Shown: piece after piece, positions 56,975 to 64,000 of the stretch | Layout of the letters: the number at the start of each line of letters is the position of its first letter | How positions within the stretch are numbered: the stretch's first letter is position 1 | From: Heterodontus francisci | Lineage: Eukaryota | Length of the DNA stretch: 64,000 bases | Reading direction: 5' to 3' | Assembly: GCF_036365525.1 (NCBI RefSeq) | Contig: NC_090418.1 | Span: forward strand, 7,232,304-7,296,303 | Position numbers and translations under genes: made by a program | Notes under the pieces: generated by a model | Database searches by the model: none | Seen by the model: the letters and a program-made list of their open reading frames with translations, nothing else | Told to the model about the DNA's origin: nothing

Positions 56975-59900
56975 AGATTGATACAGGGCTATGGGGAGAG
57001 AGTGGGGCAGTAGGATTGGTGGGATTGTTGCAGAGCTATTGGGAAGAGCACAGGGCAGTGGGATTACTTTGGGATTGATACTGGGCTATGGGGAGAGAGC
57101 AGGGCAGTGGGATTAGTTTGGGATTGATACAGGGCTATGGGGAGAGAGCAGGGCAGTGGGATTAGTTTGGGATTGATACAGGGCTATGGGGAGAGAGCGG
57201 GGAAGTGGGATTACTTTGGGATTGATACAGGGGTATGGGGAAAGAGTGGAGCAGTGGGATTACTTTGGGATTGATACAGGGCTATGGGGAGAGAGTGGGG
57301 CAGTGGGATTAGTTTGGGATTGTTACAGGGCTATGGGGAGAGAGTGGGGGAGTGGGATTAGTTTGGGATTGATACAGGGCTATGGGGAGAGAGCGGAGCA
57401 GTGGGATTAGTTTGGGATTGTTACAGGGCTATGGGGAGAGAGTGTGGGAGTGGGATTAGTTTGGGATTGATACAGTGCTATGGGGAGAGAGTGTGGGAGT
57501 GGGATTAGTTTGGGATTGATACAGGGCTATGGGGAGAGAATGTGGGAGTGGGATTAGTTTGGGATTGATACAGGGCTATGGGGAGAGAGTGGAGCAGTGG
57601 GATTAGTTTGGGATTGATACAGGGCTATGGGGAGAGAGTGGGGCAATGGGATTAGTTTGGGATTGATACAGGGCTATAGGGAGAGAGTGGAGCAGTGGGA
57701 TTAGTTTGGGATTGATACAGGGCTATGGGGAGAGAGTGGAGCAGTGGGATTAGTTTGGGATTGATACAGGGCTATGGGGAGAGAGTGGAGCAGTGGGATT
57801 AGTTTGGGATTGTTACAGAGCTATAGGGAGAGAGTGGAGCAGTGGGATTAGTTTGGGATTGATACAGGGCTATGGGGAGAGAGTGGAGCAGTGGGATTAG
57901 TTTGGGATTGATACAGGGCTATGGGGAGAGAGTGGGGCAATGGGATTAGTTTGGGATTGATACAGGGCTATAGGGAGAGAGTGGGGCAGTGGGATTAGTT
58001 TGGGATTGATACAGGGCTATGGGGAGAGAGTGGAGCAGTGGGATTAGTTTGGGATTGTTACAGGGCTATAGGGAGAGAGTGGAGCAGTGGGATTAGTTTG
58101 GGATTGTTACAGGGCTATAGGGAGAGAGTGGAGCAGTGGGATTAGTTTGGGATTGTTACAGGGCTATAGGGAGAGAGTGGAGCAGTGGGATTAGTTTGGG
58201 ATTGATACAGGGCTATAGGGAGAGAGTGGAGCAGTGGGATTAGGTTGGGATTGTTACAGGGCTATAGGGAGAGAGTGTGGGAGTGGGATTAGTTTGGGAT
58301 TGTTACAGGGCTATGGGGAGAGAGTGGAGCAGTGGGATTAGTTTGGGATTGATACAGGGCTATGGGGAGAGAGTGGGGCAATGGGATTAGTTTGGGATTG
58401 ATACAGGGCTATAGGGAGAGAGTGGAGCAGTGGGATTAGTTTGGGATTGATACAGGGCTATGGAGAGAGAGTGGAGCAGTGGGATTAGTTTGGGATTGTT
58501 ACAGAGCTATAGGGAGAGAGTGGAGCAGTGGGATTAGTTTGGGATTGTTACAGAGCTATAGGGAAAGAGTGGAGCAGTGGGATTAGTTTGGGATTGTTAC
58601 AGAGCTATAGGGAAAGAGTGGAGCAGTGGGATTAGTTTGGGATTGATACAGGGCTATAGGGAGAGAGTGGAGCAGTGGGATTAGTTTGGGATTGTTACAG
58701 GGCTATGGGGAGAGAGTGGAGCAGTGGGATTAGTTTGGGATTGTTACAGGGCTATAGGGAGAGAGTGGAGCAGTGGGATTAGTTTGGGATTGTTACAGAG
58801 CTATAGGGAAAGAGTGGAGCAGTGGGATTAGTTTGGGATTGATACAGGGCTATAGGGAGAGAGTGGAGCAGTGGGATTAGTTTGGGATTGTTACAGGGCT
58901 ATGGGGAGAGAGTGGAGCAGTGGGATTAGTTTGGGATTGTTACAGGGCTATAGGGAGAGAGTGGAGCAGTGGGATTAGTTTGGGATTGTTACAGGGCTAT
59001 GGGGAGAGAGTGGGGCAGTGGGATTAGTTTGGGATTGATACTGGGTTATGGGGAGAGCGTGGAGCAGTGGGATTAGTTTGGGATTGATACAGGGCTATGG
59101 GGAAAGAGTGGGGTGTGGGATTAGTTTGGGATTGATACAGGGCTATAGGGAGAGAGTGGGGCAGTGGGATTAGTTTGGGATTGATACAGGGCTGTGGGGA
59201 GAGTGCGGGGCAGTGGGATTAGTTTGGGATTGATACTGGGTTATGGGGAGAGCGTGGAGCAGTGGAATTAGTTTGGGATTGATACAGGGCTATGGGGAGA
59301 GAGTGGGGCAATGGGATTAGTTTGGGATTGATACAGGGCTATGGGGAGAGAGTGGAGCAGTGGGATTAGTTTGGGATTGATACAGGGCTATGGGGAGAGA
59401 GTGGGGCAGTGGGATTAGTTTGGGATTGATACAGGGCTATGGGGAGAGAGTGGAGCAGTGGGATTAGTTTGGGATTGATACAGGGCTATGGGGAGAGAGT
59501 GGGGCAATGGGATTAGTTTGGGATTGATACTGGGTTATGGGGAGAGAGTGGGGCAGTGGGATTAGTTTGGGATTGATACAGGGCTATGGGGAGAGAGTGG
59601 GGCAGTGGGATTAGTTTGGGATTGATACAGGGCTATGGGGAGAGAGTGGAGCAGTGGGATTAGTTTGGGATTGATACAGGGCTATGGGGAGAGAGTGGGG
59701 CAATGGGATTAGTTTGGGATTGATACTGGGTTATGGGGAGAGCGTGGAGCAGTGGGATTAGTTTGGGATTGATACAGGGCTATGGGGAGAGAGTGGGGGA
59801 GTGGGATTAGTTTGGGATTGATGCAGGGCTATGGGGAGAGAGTGGGGTGTGGGATTTGTTTTGGTTTGTTCCAGGGTTATGGGGAGAGAGTGGAGCAGTG

Positions 59901-62900
59901 GGATTAGTTTGGGATTGATACAGGGCTATGAGGAGAGAGCAAGGCAGAGGGATTAGTTTGGGATTGATACAGGGCTATGGGGAGAGAGCAGGGCAGTGGG
60001 ATTAGTTTGGGATTGATACAGGGCTGTGGGGAGAGAGTGGGGCAGTGGGATTTGTTTTCGATTGTTACAGGGCTATGGGGAGAGAGTGGGGGAGTGGGAT
60101 TAGTTTGGGATTGATACAGGGCTATGGGGGAGAGAGTGGGGCAGTGGGATTTGTTTTCGATTGTTACAGGGCTATGGGGAGAGAGTGGGGGAGTGGGATT
60201 AGTTTGGGATTGATACAGGGCTATGGGGAGAGAGTGGAGCAGTGGGATTTGTTTGGGATTGATAGTGGGGAGAGAGCAGGGCAGTGGGATTAGTGTGGGA
60301 TTGATACAGGGCTATGGGGAGAGAGCAGGGCAGTGGGATTAGTGTGGGATTGATACAGGGCTATGGGGAGAGAGCAGGGCAGTGGGATTTGTTTGGGATT
60401 GATACAGGGCTATGGGGAGAGAGTGGGGGAGTGGGATTAGTTTGGGATTGATACTGGGTTATGGGGAGAGCGTGGAGCAGTGGGATTAGTTTGGGATTGA
60501 TACAGGGCTATGGGGAAAGAGTGGGGTGTGGGATTAGTTTGGGATTGCTACTGGGTTATGGACAGAGAGTGGGGTGTGGGATTAGTTTGGGATTGATACT
60601 GGATTATGGGGAGAGCGTGGAGCAGTGGGATTAGTTTGGGATTGATACAGGGCTATGGGGAGAGAGTGGGGTGTGGGATTAGTTTGGGATTGATGCAGGA
60701 CTATGGGGAGAGAGTGGGGCAGTGGGATTAGTTTGGGCTTGATACAGGGCTATGGGGAGAGCGCGCGGCAGTGGGATTAGTTTGGGATTGATACAGGGCT
60801 ATGGGGAGAGAGTGGGGTGTGGGATTAGTTTGGGATTGATACTGGATTATGGGGAGAGCGTGGAGCAGTGGGATTAGTTTGGGCTTGATACAGGGCTATG
60901 GGGAGAGCGCGCGGCAGTGGGATTAGTTTGGGATTGATACAGGGCTATGGGGAGAGAGTGGGGTGTGGGATTAGTTTGGGATTGATGCAGGACTATGGGG
61001 AGAGAGTGGGGTGTGTAATTAGTTTGGGCTTGATACAGGACTATGGGGAGAGAGTGGGGCAGTGGGATTAGTTTGGGATTGATACAGGACTATAGGGAGA
61101 GAGCAGGGCAGTGGGATTAGTTTGGGATTGATGCAGGGCTGTGGGGAGAGAGTGGAGCAGTGGGATTAGTTTGGAATTGATACAGGGCTATAGGGAGAGA
61201 GCAGGGCAGTGGGATTTGTTTGGGATTGATACAGGGCTATGGGGAGAGAGTGGGGGAGTGGGATTAGTTTTCGATTGTTACAGGGCTATGGGGAGAGAGT
61301 GGGGGAATGGGATTAGTTTGGGATTGATACAGGGCTATGGGGAGAGAGTGGGGGAGTGGGATTAGTTTGGGATTGATACAGGGCTTTGGGGAGAGAGTGG
61401 GGCAGTGGGATTTGTTTGGGATTGATACAGGGCTATGGGGAGAGAGTGGGGGAGTGGGATTAGTTTGGGATTGATACAGGGCTTTGGGGAGAGAGTGGGG
61501 CAGTGGGATTTGTTTGGGATTGATACAGGGCTGTGGGGAGAGAGCGGGGCAGTGGGATTAGTTTGGGATTGATAGTGGGGAGAGAGTGGAGCAGTGGGAT
61601 TAGTTTGGGATTGATACAGGACTATGGGGAGAGAGCGGGGGAATGGGATTAGTTTGGGATTGATACAGGGCTATGGGGAGAGAGTGGGGGAGTGGGATTA
61701 GTTTGGGATTGCTACAGGGCTATGGGGGAGAGAGTGGGGGAGTGGGATTAGTTTGGGATTGCTACAGGGCTATGGGGGAGAGAGTGGGGGAGTGGGATTA
61801 GTTTGGGGATTGATACAGGGCTGTGGGGAGAGAGTGGGGCAATGGAATTAGTTTGGGATTGATACAGGGCTATGGGGAGAGAGCGGGGGAATGGGATTAG
61901 TTTGGGATTGATGCAGGGCTATGGGGAGAGAGCGGGGGAATGGGATTAGTTTGGGATTGATACAGGGCTATGGGGAGAGAGCGGGGGAATGGGATTAGTT
62001 TGGGATTGATGCAGGGCTATGGGGAGAGCGCGCGGCAGTGGGATTAGTTTGGGATTGATACAGGGCTATGGGGAGAGAGTGGGGTGTGGGATTAGTTTGG
62101 GATTGATGCAGGACTATGGGGAGAGAGTGGGGTGTGTAATTAGTTTGGGCTTGATACAGGACTATGGGGAGAGCGTGGAGCAGTGGGATTAGTTTGGGCT
62201 TGATACAGGGCTATGGGGAGAGCGCGCGGCAGTGGGATTAGTTTGGGATTGATACAGGGCTATGGGGAGAGAGTGGGGTGTGGGATTAGTTTGGGATTGA
62301 TGCAGGACTATGGGGAGAGAGTGGGGTGTGTAATTAGTTTGGGCTTGATACAGGACTATGGGGAGAGAGTGGGGCAGTGGGATTAGTTTGGGATTGATAC
62401 AGGACTATAGGGAGAGAGCAGGGCAGTGGGATTTGTTTGGGATTGATAGTGGGGAGAGAGCAGGGCAGTGGGATTAGTTTGGGATTGATGCAGGGCTGTG
62501 GGGAGAGAGTGGAGCAGTGGGATTAGTTTGGAATTGATACAGGGCTATAGGGAGAGAGCAGGGCAGTGGGATTTGTTTGGGATTGATACAGGGCTATGGG
62601 GAGAGAGTGGGGGAGTGGGATTAGTTTTCGATTGTTACAGGGCTATGGGGAGAGAGTGGGGGAATGGGATTAGTTTGGGATTGATACAGGGCTATGGGGA
62701 GAGAGTGGGGGAGTGGGATTAGTTTGGGATTGATACAGGGCTTTGGGGAGAGAGTGGGGCAGTGGGATTTGTTTGGGATTGATACAGGGCTATGGGGAGA
62801 GAGTGGGGGAGTGGGATTAGTTTGGGATTGATACAGGGCTTTGGGGAGAGAGTGGGGCAGTGGGATTTGTTTGGGATTGATACAGGGCTGTGGGGAGAGA

Positions 62901-63666
62901 GCGGGGCAGTGGGATTAGTTTGGGATTGATAGTGGGGAGAGAGTGGAGCAGTGGGATTAGTTTGGGATTGATACAGGACTATGGGGAGAGAGCGGGGGAA
63001 TGGGATTAGTTTGGGATTGATACAGGGCTATGGGGAGAGAGTGGGGGAGTGGGATTAGTTTGGGATTGCTACAGGGCTATGGGGGAGAGAGTGGGGGAGT
63101 GGGATTAGTTTGGGATTGCTACAGGGCTATGGGGGAGAGAGTGGGGGAGTGGGATTAGTTTGGGGATTGATACAGGGCTGTGGGGAGAGAGTGGGGCAAT
63201 GGAATTAGTTTGGGATTGATACAGGGCTGTGGGGAGAGAGTGGGGCAATGGAATTAGTTTGGGATTGATACAGGGCTATGGGGAGAGAGCGGGGGAATGG
63301 GATTAGTTTGGGATTGATACAGGGCTATGGGGAGAGAGCGGGGGAATGGGATTAGTTTGGGATTGATGCAGGGCTATGGGGAGAGAGCGGGGGAATGGGA
63401 TTAGTTTGGGATTGATGCAGGGCGGTGGGGAGAGAGCGGGGGAATGGGATTAGTTTGGGATTGATACAGGGCTGTGGGGAGAGTGTGGGGCAATGGAATT
63501 AGTTTGGGATTGATACAGGCCTATGGGGAAAGAGTGGGGGACTGGGATTAGTTTGGGATTGATACAGGACTATGGGGAGAGTGTTGCGCAGTGTGATTAG
63601 TTTGGGATTGATGCAGGCCTGTGGGGACAGAGTGGGGGAGTGGGATTAGTTTAGGATTGATACAGG
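56975..63666. repeat. 49-bp G-rich minisatellite, 6.7-kb array
   Basis: Same unit as 44655-45645, well over 100 copies, with variant blocks. Confidence 0.96.
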
Positions 63667-63893
63667 GCCCCTAACAGCTCTGGTGATTTCCTGTTCTGTT
63701 GAGCATTTGATAACTATTTGGACAGGAGAGTACCGGGATTCTTTGTTTCCTGAGCTATTGACGTTGGGTTTAGTGTGATGTGTGTTGTATCTATCAGCCA
63801 GGCTCCAGCTCATGGCCCTCATTTCCCTCTTCCCTTTACTTTTACGAGGTTCTCTGTCATTTCGTAACCAAAGAAGTGTTTACAAGAACTTAC

Positions 63894-63947
63894 CAGTTAG
63901 AACTGCAACCATTTTGGACTCATGTGTATCTGAATATTTCACATTAC
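63894..63947 (-). CDS. Candidate 54-nt internal exon of an unidentified gene
   Basis: Strong acceptor cttctttctttttacctctcag| and donor CTG|gtaagt; open in phase 1-1: (G)NVKYSDTHESKMVAVLT. Confidence 0.35.
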
Positions 63948-64000
63948 CTGAGAGGTAAAAAGAAAGAAGCCAGCTTTATATAGCACCTTGCACATCCCCC

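Overview
Repeat-rich vertebrate genomic DNA, most likely from a shark or other cartilaginous fish (HE1/V-SINE, Deu-type SINEs, dense CR1 and Penelope debris). Three main things are present. (1) A disabled NAIP (BIRC1)-like gene on the + strand (about 7.8-15.2 kb). Its BIR1/BIR2 exons are clearly recognisable, but it has a GTG in place of ATG, two compensating frameshifts, an in-frame stop and a Penelope-type insertion that truncates the first coding exon. No NACHT/LRR exon is visible. (2) An apparently intact three-coding-exon gene on the - strand (43082-43019, 33962-33609, 32241-32162; 165 aa) encoding a signal peptide, one B7/butyrophilin-type IgV domain and a GPI-type tail. (3) Inside the intron between that gene's signal-peptide and IgV exons, a full-length, ORF-intact Tx1-clade non-LTR retrotransposon (35712-42357) sits in a 69-bp minisatellite. 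The same array carries eight further A-tailed insertions or scars, all ending at the same position of the repeat unit. This suggests a sequence-specific retrotransposon whose target is this minisatellite, with the array recording repeated retrotransposition. The rest is CR1, L2, RTE, Penelope, SINE and solo-LTR fragments, several minisatellites (33, 49 and 32/34 bp units; two visibly derived from TEs in the window), a low-complexity CT/AG block and a 157-N gap. All protein-family assignments come from motif recognition and recalled reference sequences, not database searches, and TE fragment boundaries are approximate.
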